Assembly: GCA_047602405.1 (NCBI GenBank)
Contig: JASGHJ010000002.1
Location: forward strand, 3,168,001-3,232,000
Length of the DNA: 64,000 bases
Reading direction: 5' to 3'
Source: Anaeromyxobacteraceae bacterium
GTDB lineage: Bacteria > Myxococcota > Myxococcia > Myxococcales > Anaeromyxobacteraceae
Shown here: positions 1 to 10,654 of the stretch, in pieces
How positions within the stretch are numbered: the stretch's first letter is position 1
Layout of the letters: each line of letters opens with the position of its first letter
The notes under the pieces: generated by a model
Told to the model about the DNA's origin: nothing
Database searches by the model: none
Seen by the model: only the letters and a program-made list of their open reading frames with translations
Translations under genes and position numbers: made by a program

Positions 1-777
1 CGTGAGCAGCACGATCCGGAGGCCGATCCGCGTCTGCGGCGCCATGCTGCTCTCGTCGAGCGCGCGCCAGAACGCAGGGATCTCCCCGACCGAGAGGAAG
101 CGCTCGGACTCGTTCTCGACCACCCCGAGCGCCTCGGGGTCCAAGGCGTCGGCAGGGTTCGAGGGAACGAGCCCGTGGCCCCGAGCGAAGCGGAAGATGC
201 CCTTCACGTAAGCGAGGGTCCGCCCTGCCTGGGTCCGCGAGCCGCGCGCCGCTACGTGCTTCACGATCGCAGCCACCTCCGGCGGCGTGATCGCCTTCAC
301 CGGGCGCGCGCCGAGCGAAGGGAGCACGTCCCTCGTGACAGCCCTCCTCACTTCGGGCGCCGTCCTCCACCCGAGCGCAGTCGCCACGTGCTCGAAGTAG
401 TCCTTCGCGACGACCTCGAAGGTCGCCTCGCCGGCCAGCGTCGGCTCGGGACGATGGCGCGGACGGTTCGCCCGCAGCTCCGCCTCGACTTCGGTCAGCC
501 GACCTTCCTTGTGGGCAGCCTTGAGCCGTTCCAGCCACCGACGCGCCTCGCCCAACGTCACGAACCCGGGGCGCTCCGCCTTCGTCCACTCGCCGATGGT
601 GATCACCCTCCCCGCACTCGTGCAGTACCACCGGAAGACCTTCGTGCCCGTGGGGAGCACGCGCAGGCGCAGCCCGGCCGCTGCGGGGTCGGCCACCTCG
701 TAGCGCCCGGCCTGCGGGCGCAGCGCCTCGATACGGGGCGGCGTGAGCGGCGGGATCTTCGTGAGCTTCTCGACCAT
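1..777 (-). CDS. Tyrosine recombinase/integrase, P4-like with N-terminal arm-binding domain (3' part outside window)
   Basis: Manual translation from ATG 777 (GGAGG upstream): MVEKLTKIPPLTPPRIEALRPQAGRYEVADPAAAGLRLRVLPTGTKVFRW...TFEVVAKDYF...IFRFARGHGLVPSNPA...ERFLSVGEI. Open to the window edge, so absent from the ORF track; adjacent to a tRNA fragment. Confidence 0.88.
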   Translation of the reverse strand, partial: MVEKLTKIPPLTPPRIEALRPQAGRYEVADPAAAGLRLRVLPTGTKVFRWYCTSAGRVITIGEWTKAERPGFVTLGEARRWLERLKAAHKEGRLTEVEAELRANRPRHRPEPTLAGEATFEVVAKDYFEHVATALGWRTAPEVRRAVTRDVLPSLGARPVKAITPPEVAAIVKHVAARGSRTQAGRTLAYVKGIFRFARGHGLVPSNPADALDPEALGVVENESERFLSVGEIPAFWRALDESSMAPQTRIGLRIVLLT

Positions 778-793
778 GGCGGCCTCCGGAACC

Positions 794-857
794 TGTCACC
801 CCGCGGGCGACGCTTTCGGCCGCCATTCTGTCACCCCGGATCGCGCGCGGGGTGACA
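794..857. repeat. Putative integrase arm-type binding sites
   Basis: TGTCACCCCG at 794-803 and 829-838; inverted copy CGGGGTGACA at 848-857, between the integrase start and the att core. Confidence 0.55.
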
Positions 858-980
858 AATCGACCTCGCCAACGCTGCCGGTTGCAGGTGGTTGCGCGGC
901 AGCTATCTTCGCTGGGCCTCAGCCATTTGGAGGGTCGCGACGCAACTGCCTGCAACCGCCAGAAACGGGGCCGAAATCCC

Positions 981-1025
<45 letters not shown>

Positions 1026-1029
1026 TATA

Positions 1030-1068
1030 AAGGCCCGTAACCTGGGGACTTCCCGAGTTACGGGCCTT
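1030..1068 (+). terminator. Hairpin after tRNA fragment, likely intrinsic terminator
   Basis: AAGGCCCGTAAC (1030-1041) and GTTACGGGCCTT (1057-1068) form a perfect 12-bp inverted repeat. Confidence 0.7.
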
Positions 1069-1341
1069 GTCGCTATCTCGGCCCAGGTGCGCGGCAAGGT
1101 GCGTTCTGGTTTGGTCCGCTCGCCGCGGACAGGTAGGGCGGGCTCGTGCGCCGGGCAAGGGATGGAAAACGCGCATCTCACGAATAGTGCGCGTCACGCC
1201 TTGTCTGAAGAACCACAGGGAGGTATGCACCGATCCCGAAAGGGACTCGGAGCTTGGACTTAGGTCTGTTCCTCGAGCGGGCAGGCAAGCCGCCCGGGCC
1301 TACGCCCGAGCTGGCTCCACTCACGCCCGACGACGTCGTCC

Positions 1342-1917
1342 GTGCCTACTACTTCGAATCCCGCCGCCTTTCCCCGCGGTCCGGTCATCGACAACCAGCA
1401 GACACAGTTTAGATGGGAGCAGTCCACCTCAGGAGTAGCTTGGGAAGTCGAGCTTCGAACAGTTAACGGCGCGCTCGTAAACAGGAGTGTTGCAGGGGAG
1501 ACCTTCGCGATCCGCCGTGAACTGTGGCCTGCGCGCAGGCTCCGCGGGATGCCCGGCAAAGGGCGAGTCGCACACAACGCCTGCTTATGCCTAGCACAGG
1601 GATTCACTAGGTGTGGCGTTGGGCGGGAGATCTACCGGCGAGAAGAGGCGCTGTACCGCGCCTGGGGAGCCAAGGAGATTCACACGGAAGCCGCTTGCGA
1701 TGCCCTGAAGTCCGGCGTTTGGTTCGATTTCGGCTTCAAGGTCGCCCCCGACGAACTGAACTCGTTAGGTGTGATCTGGAGGGAACTGCAGGCGGAGATC
1801 CTGAAGCGAAGCGGGAACCAGTTGCGCCAACTAGGCGAAACTTGGGACACTTGGGAGCCTGAGTTCCGTCGCTTCATCGGCGAGCGCGAATCGGTTCCGA
1901 TGTACCGGGTGCTGTGA
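1342..1917 (+). CDS. Hypothetical protein with GNAT-like motif
   Basis: 191 aa; LAQGFTRCGVGREIYRREEALYRAWGAKEIHTEA...VWFDFGF resembles GNAT motifs A/B; stop overlaps next start. Confidence 0.55.
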   Translation: MPTTSNPAAFPRGPVIDNQQTQFRWEQSTSGVAWEVELRTVNGALVNRSVAGETFAIRRELWPARRLRGMPGKGRVAHNACLCLAQGFTRCGVGREIYRREEALYRAWGAKEIHTEAACDALKSGVWFDFGFKVAPDELNSLGVIWRELQAEILKRSGNQLRQLGETWDTWEPEFRRFIGERESVPMYRVL

Positions 1918-2597
1918 TGGAGTGGCATACACTTTACGTGATGTCGCCAGCAGAGGTTGCCTACGGGCGTGTGATCGCCGTGGTCACTCTGCGCGAGGCC
2001 AAGGTCCACCTGAGCGTGAGCGACCCCGAGTTCGCTCCCCTTTTGCATCGCTTGTTCGAGGAGGACTTCGAGGAAACTGTCGGGTTCCCTGGGCGCTTGA
2101 TTCGCGAGAAGGCGGGGACGCTGAACGCGTTTCGTGCGGCCGCCCGCTACCTGAACTCGGTCTTGGGGCTTGGAGTGGCGGTGCAGCAGGTTGCATCGAC
2201 ACAAGCTGTTTCCTCGGCTCGCCTCTCCTCGGTAGAGGCCGAGCGGATGGCACAAGCTGCCTTGTTCGTGCTCAGTGCCCGCGATCACGAGCGAGTGCTG
2301 CAGGCGATGACCTTGTGGCGTGCGGTGATGAGGTACAAGGCTGAACTCGCTTTGAGATATGGGTGCTTCAAACGGTTAGACCGGGAGCGCAGGGCCGTCG
2401 AGATGCGCAGGTTCCGGCAAGAGACACTGGTAGGGGCTCCCTCGGTGAGCGCGTTCCCGTCCCGGGTTCCCCTCGCGCATGCAGGGCCGGGCGCGGTACG
2501 CCCGACGACTGAAGGCCGGAGTCTCGACGACCTGGTCGCGGGTGCGGTCGTTGCCAAGGACTTCCTTGAGCGCCCACAGGGAAGGGCTCATGCCTAG
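1914..2597 (+). CDS. Hypothetical protein
   Basis: 227 aa ORF overlapping both neighbours; no recognised motif. Confidence 0.55.
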   Translation: MMEWHTLYVMSPAEVAYGRVIAVVTLREAKVHLSVSDPEFAPLLHRLFEEDFEETVGFPGRLIREKAGTLNAFRAAARYLNSVLGLGVAVQQVASTQAVSSARLSSVEAERMAQAALFVLSARDHERVLQAMTLWRAVMRYKAELALRYGCFKRLDRERRAVEMRRFRQETLVGAPSVSAFPSRVPLAHAGPGAVRPTTEGRSLDDLVAGAVVAKDFLERPQGRAHA

Positions 2598-3012
2598 TCC
2601 AACCGAAGGCAAGTCACGGATCGTGTACTTTCTCGCTTGCGATCAAGCGAGAAGCGAAACCACGCGCAAGAACCTGTTCATCGGGGCATACGGTTCAGCG
2701 ATGGTCGTAGAAGGATCGTTCCCGGCCTTCCTTCCGTCACTTTCCTTGATCGCGTGCCTCCGCTTTCTGAAGCGCAAGGAGAATGTCACGGTTCGAGTGA
2801 CGATCCCGGGCGTTCCGGAGATCCAGGAGCACAAGGTGCCCTTTGAGGCGCCGAAGCCCGCGGACGCGATGACGTACATCCTCAACCTTTCACCTTGCGT
2901 CATCCCGCGCCCGGGCACCCTTAGGGTCGACTACGTCTTCGAAGACGGTCACACCGAATCGGGCGAACTAGAAGTGATGGCGGCGCAGGACTACAAAGCC
3001 TCGAAGTGGTGA
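2590..3012 (+). CDS. Hypothetical beta-rich protein (DUF6941-like pattern)
   Basis: ATG 2590 overlaps upstream stop; FLACDQARSETTRKNLFIGAY...FLPSLSL...IPRPGTLRV pattern. Confidence 0.6.
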   Translation: MPSPTEGKSRIVYFLACDQARSETTRKNLFIGAYGSAMVVEGSFPAFLPSLSLIACLRFLKRKENVTVRVTIPGVPEIQEHKVPFEAPKPADAMTYILNLSPCVIPRPGTLRVDYVFEDGHTESGELEVMAAQDYKASKW

Positions 3013-3567
3013 CCGCGAGTCGACCGACCGGACAACGCCAGTTACGGTCTGGAAGAGCTACGCCGAGTTGGGCCAACTCCGCCCCGGGCTTCTTAGCGCC
3101 GTTCATTGCAGACCGGCCGCTCTTCTAGTTTTCTGGCGTCCACGGTGACCGGTAGGCGGAGTGCCCCCCCTGCGCGGCCGACAGGCGGCAGCAGGTTTCC
3201 ACCTACGAACGCCTCTTCGATACGTGGCTTTCGTAACCGCCTGGGGAACCCCGTCTGGCGAGCCTGACTGCAGGCGAATATTCCTCTGGTTTCTTCGAGA
3301 CACTCTCGTGCCCGCCCCCTCGTAAGAGGCATGCGGTGAGTGAACCTGGACAGAGAGTCACGTCCCGGACGAACGGTTTTGCGTTTTCTGCGGCTCTCGA
3401 CTGGCCCCCGCTCAGCCAGAAGATCTCCGCCACGACCTCGACTTCGCGAAGCCCGTCCTCGCCGAGATCCCGCACGGCTTCCCGCTCGAGACACGCCGCC
3501 AGGCGCTTGGCTTCGCCGTCTGGGTGTGGAACGCGCTCGTTATGGTCGCCCGCGGCCGCCCGGCGGG

Positions 3568-3828
3568 ATGAGCGCTGGCAACTGCGTGGTGGGCCACATG
3601 ACCCCGGAAGCGCTCGCAGCCTCGGGCAAGATGGGAGGCCCGATGACCGTGAAGTTCACGGTCGACCCGGACGGGAACGTCGCGGAACTACTCGATGATC
3701 ACGAACGGCGTACCGAAGGGCATCTCGGACGCGATCGAGGCCGCCTTGAAGGCCTGCCCCTGGGAGCCGACGCTCGACCTGAGGGCCGCCCGGTCGCCTC
3801 CGACTTCCTCCTGCCCATGCGGTTCTAG
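3568..3828 (+). pseudogene. TonB C-terminal-like domain fragment with two compensating frameshifts
   Basis: MTVKFTVDPDGNV / SMITNGVPKGISDAIEAALKACPWEPTLD / PEGRPVASDFLLPMRF across two frames (shifts ~3682 and ~3779); start uncertain. Confidence 0.45.
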
Positions 3829-3885
3829 GCACGTCGTCCTGAGCTCCCGCACCACCGAACCACTTCGATCAGAAGGATGCCCGCG

Positions 3886-4659
3886 ATGAGCTCCACGGCC
3901 CGCCACCTGTTCTTCTGCTGGATGGCGCTCGGCCCGGCCGTCGCCTCGGCCCAGCCCGGTCAGACATCGCCCCCCGCCGACTCGAGCCCGCCCCAGTGGC
4001 AGGTCCTGCGCGGGATCCGGGACTTCGGCGGCCTCGGCGAGTACGCCGCGGCGAACGCGAAGCTGCCCCCTGCGCCGCCGAACCGGGTCGTCTTCATCGG
4101 GGACTCCATCACCGAGCGCTGGGGCAAGGAGTCCCCGTTCTTCCCGGGCCAGCCGTTCCTGAACCGCGGGATCCCCGGTCAGACGACGGCGCAGATGCTG
4201 ATCCGGTTCCGCCAGGACGTGATCGACCTGAAGCCCGCCGCCGTGATCATCCAGGGCGGGCTCGCGGACATCGCCGGCTTCACCGGGCCCTCGAGCCTCG
4301 GGGAGATCGAGAGCAACCTGCGCTCGATGGCGGAGCTGGCGAGCTTCCACCACATCAGCCCGATCCTCGTCGGCGCGCCGCCGGCGGCCGACTACCCGGG
4401 CCGCACGGGCCCGGAGCCCGCGAGGCAGATCGTCGCCTTGAACGAGCGGCTGGCGCGCTACTGCGCCTCCGCGAACCTCGTGTTCCTCGACTACCATGCC
4501 GCGCTCGCCGGGCGAGACGGGCAGATGCGAGAGGGCTTCAGCGACGACGGCGTGCACCCGAACGAGAAGGGCTACGCGCTCCTGAAGCCCCTCGCCGAGC
4601 GGGCGATCGCGGACGCCTTGAAGCGGCGGGCCAGCCGGCCGGCCGCGCCGCCACGATAG
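3886..4659 (+). CDS. SGNH/GDSL family hydrolase, secreted
   Basis: VVFIGDSITE, NRGIPGQTT, DGVHPN blocks; signal-peptide-like N-terminus. Confidence 0.9.
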   Translation: MSSTARHLFFCWMALGPAVASAQPGQTSPPADSSPPQWQVLRGIRDFGGLGEYAAANAKLPPAPPNRVVFIGDSITERWGKESPFFPGQPFLNRGIPGQTTAQMLIRFRQDVIDLKPAAVIIQGGLADIAGFTGPSSLGEIESNLRSMAELASFHHISPILVGAPPAADYPGRTGPEPARQIVALNERLARYCASANLVFLDYHAALAGRDGQMREGFSDDGVHPNEKGYALLKPLAERAIADALKRRASRPAAPPR

Positions 4660-4663
4660 GACC

Positions 4664-7600
4664 TCAGGGCACCGGTACGCTTCGCGGCAGGTCCGCCCAG
4701 GCGAGGCCGTCTCCCACGACGCCATCCTGGTAGGAGCCCCAGCACCAGGTCGAGGCGTCGAGCTTCGTCGCGCAGGTGTTCGCGTTGCCCGCCCGGACGG
4801 TCGCCCAGTCGGTCCCGGCGCCGACCTGGGTCGGGACGTCGATGCGGTCGAGGTCGGTCACGTAGCCGAGCTGGCCCTTCCGGTTGTCGCCCCAGCACCA
4901 GAGCGTGCGTGCGCCGGCGGCGCTGCGGATCCCGCAGACGTGGCCGGAGCCGAGCGAGACGTCCACCCAGCCGGTCTCGGCGAAGAGGTTCACGGCGCAC
5001 GGGTCGGCCGTCCCCCAGAACTGGCCGCCCCAGCAGGCGAGCCGGCGCGTGCCGGCCGCGTCCCGGATGCCACAGGAGGCGCTCGTCCCGGCGACGACCT
5101 GGAGCCAGTCGGTGTCGGCCCCGATCGTCTGCGGCGAGGTGACGATGGTTCCTCCGTTCGAGCAGTTCGGCCAGGCGCCCCCGCCTCCTCCCCAGCAGGC
5201 GAGGGCCCCGGTGTCGCGGATGCCGCAGTTGTGCGTGGCGCCCGCGGCGATCGCGCGCCAGGCGCCGGGGACCTGCCGCGGCCACTCGAGGTGGTTCGTG
5301 TTCCCCTGCCCGAGCAGGCCGTAGAACGCGTTCATGCCCCAGCACCAGAGGCTCCCGGGCAGGCTCGCGCCACGGATGCCGCAGGAGTGGCCCTCGCCCG
5401 CGCTCACCGCGAGCCAGTCGCTCGCGTGCGCGAGCGTCGCGTCGAGGGGGATCTCGGCGAACTCGGCGGTGTTGTAGGACGACTCCCCGAGGCCGAGCTG
5501 GCCGGTGCCATTCGAGCCGCCGCAGAAGGCGCGGTGATCGCTCGCGAGCAGGCAGGAGTGGCCCGCGCCCAGGCTGGCGGCGCTCCACGTGTGGCCCGCG
5601 GCCTCGCCGCCCGCCGGTCCCGGGACGGCCAGAATCCGCGGCGGCGCCGTTGAAGAGCAGGTCCCCCGGGCTCGAGCCGTACAGGCTGTCCTCGCCCCAG
5701 CAGGAGAGGCCTCCACCGGCGGTGATCCCGCAGGCGCGGCCCGGCTCCTGGGCGTTGCGCATGAGGTCGAGGCTGGCGAAGACCTCCGCGCCGGAGACCC
5801 GCCGCGGCGCGAACGCCGCGCCCGCGACGAACCCCTGCCCGAGCTGCCCCGCCGTGTCGTCGCCGAAGCAGGCCGCCTCCCCGCCGCTCGACCACGCGCA
5901 GACGTGGCGCCCGGCGGTCACCCCCGCCCAGTCGTGGCGATCGCCGACGACGGCCGGCGCGAGCCTGGCGCTCGAGGCCCCCGTCCCGAGCTGGCCGCGA
6001 TCGTTCGCGCCCCAGCAGAGGAGCGCCCCGGCGTCGTCGACGCCGCAGGTGAGGAGCCACCCGGCGCTCACGGCGCGCCAGCGCCTCGCGGGCAACACCG
6101 CCTCCGGCCCGTGCGTCGCGACGGTCGAGCCCTGCGTCTGCCCCTAGGCGTTGGAGCCCCAGCACCAGAGCGCGCCCGCCGAGGTGAGGCCGCAGGCGTG
6201 GTTGAGCCCGGCGGTGATCCCGTCCAGCCCGGAGGGCCCGGTCTGGCGCACCGGCGCCGTGGCCGACGCGAGCGTGCCCCAGCACCACGCCGTCCGGGCG
6301 CCGCCGTCCTCGCGGACGCCGCAGGCGTGGTTGTTGCTGACCGCGAGGGCCTGCCAGTCGCTCTCCGTGCCGACGCGCACCGGGGCCGGGCGGACCGCCC
6401 CCGCGGGCGCGGCCGCCCCGAGCCCGAGCGCGCCGCTCGTGTTGTGGCCCCAGCAGTGGAGCTCCGCGCCGGCGGGCGAGCCGCGGAGCCCGCAGGTGTG
6501 CTCGAAGCCCGCCGCCACGAGGAGCCAGTCGGTGGCGGTGCCGACCCGTACCGGCGCCTCCTTGAACGCGGTCACCGTCCCGATGCCGAGCTGGCCGAAG
6601 TCGTTGGCGCCCCAGCACCACAGGCTCCCGTCGCGGCCGACGGCGCAGCTGTGCCCCTTCCCGGCGGACACGCTGCGGAAGCGCTCCTGCGCCGACGCGA
6701 CCCGGCCAGGATCGCCCGCCGCGGCGGCCGTGAGGGCGCTGCCCCGCCCGAGCTGCGCGGTCGCGTTGTCGCCCCAGCAGAAGAGCCGGTCGTCGCTGCC
6801 GAGCGCGCAGGTGTGGCGCTGCCCGGCCGAGAACGCGCCCCAGCTGCGCGCAATGGTCCACGCGGCGACCGCGGGCGTGAGGTCGGGGTTGCCCTCCGCG
6901 TCGGCGGCCGCCACCGAGAACGTGTGCGCACCGAGCGACAGATCGGTGAGCGCGAGCGGCGACGCACACGGCGCGGCCGGCGCGCCGTCGAGGCTGCAGG
7001 CGAAGGAGGCCGTCCCCGCGCTGCCCCCGAAGGCGATCGACACGTCGACGTCGTAGCTCGTCTGCGCCGGCGCCGCGGAGATCGTGGTCTCCGGCGCGAC
7101 GACGTCGTACGGCAGCTCGGAGGTGGCCGCGGTGGTCTCGTTGCCCGCGAGGTCCGCGACCGTGAGCTCGACCCGCAACGTCCCCGTGCCCGTGAGCCCC
7201 AGCTCGGCCACCGAGACCGACGCGGAGAGGTCGAGCCAGGCGGGGTCGAGGGTCGGCCGGAGCGTCGCGGCCAACCCGAGGCGCGGCTGCCCGTCGACGA
7301 CGGCGACCGCGCCCACGATCCGGGCCGGCGCGGAGACGCGCGCGGTGACCCGCGGGAGCGAGGTGGTCCCCACGCCGCTCCCGGCGTCGCGCCACGCGAC
7401 GTCCGCGATGGAAGGTCCGTGCACGTCGAGCTGCACGGTCCCCGCGTTCAGGGTGGCGGTGTTGCCCACCGCGTCCACCGCGGCGACCTGGACCAGCCAC
7501 TCGCCCTCGGCCTCCTCGCCGGTGACGGCGTAGCGGAAGACGCCCGCCGCGCCCGCGAACTCGAAGAGCGCCATCGGGAGCCGCACCTCACCCCGCGTGA

Positions 7601-7904
7601 GCCAGGCCGAGGGCGAGACGCCGAGCGCCTCGTTCGTCTGGAAGGTCAGCTCGACGAGGGTCCCCGGCGTGGCCACCGCCGGCACGACCCTGGCCGTGAC
7701 CAGCTCCGCGGGCGTGCCGTCCCCGTTGCCGTCGCGCACGCACCGCTGCAGGGCCGCCTCGCAGTGCGTCTGCGCGGGGCACTCCGCGTCCGTCGAGCAG
7801 GTGACCCGGGCTCCCCCCGGGAGGTCGGTCGAGACCTTGCACCCGGCGAGCGCGGCGAGTCCCAGCAGCATTCCGAACGCGCACTTTCCACCATGCGTGA
7901 GCAT
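4664..7904 (-). CDS. Large RCC1-repeat lipoprotein (in-frame TAG at 6144-6146, frameshift ~5634)
   Basis: LAGC lipobox, Ig-like segment, many HTC...LWCWGxNxxGQLG repeats continuing across ORFs 6144-7904, 4572-6098 (same frame) and 4664-5716. Confidence 0.8.
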
Positions 7905-8007
7905 GGCCGCACGTTAGCACCCGGAGATCGAGGCGACGAGAAGGCGGGTCACGCTGCGTGTGACCAGATGTACGCACCGCCGCGCCCGCTTCACGCGGAC
8001 GGAGCGT

Positions 8008-10020
8008 CTACCCGGCGCCCAGCACCGCCGCGAGCCGCTCCCGCGTGGCCGGCTTCGGGATGTGGTGCTCGAAGCCGGCGTCCCGGGCGCGCCGCACGTC
8101 GTCGGGGAGCGCGTAGCCCGAGAGCGCGACGAGCCGCGCGCCGCGGAGGCTCGCGTCGGCGCGGAAGGCGCGCGCCACGGCGTAGCCGTCCATCACCGGG
8201 AGCCCGATGTCGCACAGGACCACGTCGGGCCGGAGCGCGCGCGCCCGCTCGAGGCCCTGCGGCCCGTCGCCCGCCACCGCGACCTCGTGGCCGTCGAGCT
8301 CGAGCAGCTCCTTCAGGCTCTGGGCGGCGTCGGGGTTGTCCTCGATGAGGAGGACGCGCCGGCGCGCGGCCGGCGCCTCCTGGCGCCGCTCCGGCGCCGC
8401 CTCGAGCACCGCCTGGAGCGGGAGGCGGACCGTGAACGCCGCGCCGCGGCCCTGGCCCTCGCTCCGCGCCTCGATCCGGCCGCCGTGCAGGTCGACGAGC
8501 CCCTTCACGAGCGCGAGGCCGAGGCCGAGGCCCCCCTTGGAGCGGTCGAGCGTCTCGTCCGCCTGCATGAACGGCTCGAACAGCCGCGCGAGCACCTGCG
8601 GCTCGATCCCGACGCCGGTGTCCGCCACCCGCACGACCGCGTGGCCGGCCTCCGCGTCCACCGCCACCGACACGTCCACCTCGCCGCCCGGGGGCGTGAA
8701 CTTCGCGGCGTTCTGGAGGAGGTTCCCCACGATCTGCGCCACCCGCTTGCCGTCCGCGTCGATGTGGATGGGGGCCCCCGGCGCCTCGAACCGCGCCGCG
8801 AGCCCCGCCCCCTCGAGCACGGTCCGGTGATCCTCGAACGTGCGGCGCACGAGCTCGGTCAGCTCGAGGCGCGCCCGCTGCAGCTGGACCTTGCCGCGCG
8901 TGATGCGGGTCACGTCGAGCAGGTCGTCCACGAGGTGCGTGAGCTGGTCGATCTGCCGCCCGATCACCGCCCGCGCGCGCCGGGCCTGGTCGGCGCCCGG
9001 CGGGACGCGATCCAGGATGTAGAGGCTGTTCTTCACGGGGGCGAGCGGGTTCCTGAGCTCGTGCGAGAGCACGGCGAGGAAGTGGTTCTTGCGCCGGTCC
9101 GCCTCCTCGAGCCGCGCCTGCGCGGTCCGGAGCTCGGAGATGTCCTGGATCGCGACCACCGCGCCCGTGATCGCGCCCGCGGCGTCGGTGGTCGGCGCGC
9201 CGCAGAACACGATCGTGCCCTTCGTCCCGTCGAAGCGCTCGATGTCGACGACGACACCCTTCGTCCTGCGGCCGTGGAGCAGCGCCTGAGCCGCGGGCCA
9301 CTCCTCCGGCGCGAGGCGCTGGCCGGTCGAAGGCCAGTAGCCCGCGTACTGGTCGTACCCGGAGATGTCCTCGGTCGGGACCGACCCGGCCCAGATCCGC
9401 TTCGCCTCCACGTTCGTCAGCGTGACCTTGCCGTTCGCCTCGGTGACGAAGAGCCCCACCGGGATGGTGTCCAGGATGGCCTGGACGCGGGCGCGCTCCT
9501 CCTCGAGGAGCGACCTGCTCACCCGCGCCGCGCGCACCGTGCGCGTGATCTCCTCGCACACGTTGAACACCGCGATGATCCGGCCTTCCCCGTCGCGCAG
9601 CGGCGTGAGGGTGTACGTGAAGATGGCCTCCTCCTCGCGCCCGTGCCGGTGGATCCGGTACGGCACCTCCTCGAACCGCTGCGCGGCCCCGTTCTTCATG
9701 ACCTCCCGGAAGGGACCGATGATGCCGTCGAGCACCTCGGGCCAGACCTCGCGGATCGCCCGCCCCATCGCCGCCGGGTGCTTTCCGGGGCCGAGCACGG
9801 GCGCGTAGCCGTCGTTGTAGATGAGGGCGAACTCCGGGCCGGCCCAGATCGCCATCGGCGTCCGGCAGTCGAGGCAGAGCTGGACGGCCGACCGCAGCGC
9901 CGCCGGCCAGTGCTCGACCGCGCCGAGCGGCGTCGTGGCCCACGAGACGCGGCGCGCCGCATCCCGCGCCTCCCCCGGGCCGTCGAACAGCGCCTGCGCC
10001 GGACCCCGCGCCTCGTGCAC
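8008..10020 (-). CDS. PAS-domain hybrid sensor histidine kinase/response regulator
   Basis: LSHELRNPL H-box, NLLQNAAKFT, DTGVGI, GLGLGL, C-terminal REC (LIEDN, CDIGLP). GTG 10020 with GGAGG upstream. Confidence 0.92.
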   Translation of the reverse strand: MHEARGPAQALFDGPGEARDAARRVSWATTPLGAVEHWPAALRSAVQLCLDCRTPMAIWAGPEFALIYNDGYAPVLGPGKHPAAMGRAIREVWPEVLDGIIGPFREVMKNGAAQRFEEVPYRIHRHGREEEAIFTYTLTPLRDGEGRIIAVFNVCEEITRTVRAARVSRSLLEEERARVQAILDTIPVGLFVTEANGKVTLTNVEAKRIWAGSVPTEDISGYDQYAGYWPSTGQRLAPEEWPAAQALLHGRRTKGVVVDIERFDGTKGTIVFCGAPTTDAAGAITGAVVAIQDISELRTAQARLEEADRRKNHFLAVLSHELRNPLAPVKNSLYILDRVPPGADQARRARAVIGRQIDQLTHLVDDLLDVTRITRGKVQLQRARLELTELVRRTFEDHRTVLEGAGLAARFEAPGAPIHIDADGKRVAQIVGNLLQNAAKFTPPGGEVDVSVAVDAEAGHAVVRVADTGVGIEPQVLARLFEPFMQADETLDRSKGGLGLGLALVKGLVDLHGGRIEARSEGQGRGAAFTVRLPLQAVLEAAPERRQEAPAARRRVLLIEDNPDAAQSLKELLELDGHEVAVAGDGPQGLERARALRPDVVLCDIGLPVMDGYAVARAFRADASLRGARLVALSGYALPDDVRRARDAGFEHHIPKPATRERLAAVLGAG

Positions 10021-10154
10021 GCCTGCACCTCCCCTCCCGGCACGATACCCCGGTCCCTCGAGGCGTCGCCGCGCCCCATGAGAGCCGCGACCCTCCGTCG
10101 GTGCCAGCGACGCACGCGGCTGGAGCGGGTGAGTCGGGCAGCGGAGCTCGGCTT

Positions 10155-10631
10155 CTACGGGCTCCGCCCCTGAGCGGCGCGCGGACCGGCCAGCACGCGC
10201 TCGAGGTCGTCGATCCCGCGCTCGATGAGGGCGAGTGCCTCCTCGAACGCGGCGCGCCCGCGGCGGTGGGGATCGGGTACGTCGAACCCGCCCCACCGGC
10301 CGAGCGGGATCACCCGCCCTCGCGCGGGCGGGTGGAAAGCCTCCACGGCGCGCTGGTGGCCGTGCTCCATCACGAGGACGAGGTCCGCGCCTCGCACGAG
10401 CGCGGGGCCGAGCTGGCGCGCCCGGTGCGCCGAGAGGTCGAGGCCCCGCTCGCCCACGAGCTCGAGCGCGAGCGGGGCGGCCGGCTCGCCGACGAGCGCG
10501 GCCAGCCCCGCCGACTCCACCCGCGCCGACGCTCCGCGCTCCCGGAGCCTCGCCTCGAGGAGCACGGCCGCCATGGGGCTGCGGCAGATGTTGCCGACGC
10601 AGACCACCAGCACCCTGTCGAACCCGACCAT
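10155..10631 (-). CDS. wzb: Low-molecular-weight protein tyrosine phosphatase
   Basis: VCVGNICRSPMA and VPDP motifs; adjacent to wzc. Confidence 0.9.
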   Translation of the reverse strand: MVGFDRVLVVCVGNICRSPMAAVLLEARLRERGASARVESAGLAALVGEPAAPLALELVGERGLDLSAHRARQLGPALVRGADLVLVMEHGHQRAVEAFHPPARGRVIPLGRWGGFDVPDPHRRGRAAFEEALALIERGIDDLERVLAGPRAAQGRSP

Positions 10632-10654
10632 GTCCGCCCCTCCGCCTCTCCGGG

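Noticed and set aside
6144..6146. Pyrrolysine or recoded TAG
   Set aside because: TAG is a normal stop in many genes here, and no pyl genes are in the window.
5589..8348. Very long Arg/Gly/Pro-rich ORFs (also 10235-13426, 14904-18326, 35697-38753, 48011-51574 and others)
   Set aside because: Off-frame or antisense ORFs caused by stop-codon scarcity at high GC; they overlap genes with clear motifs.
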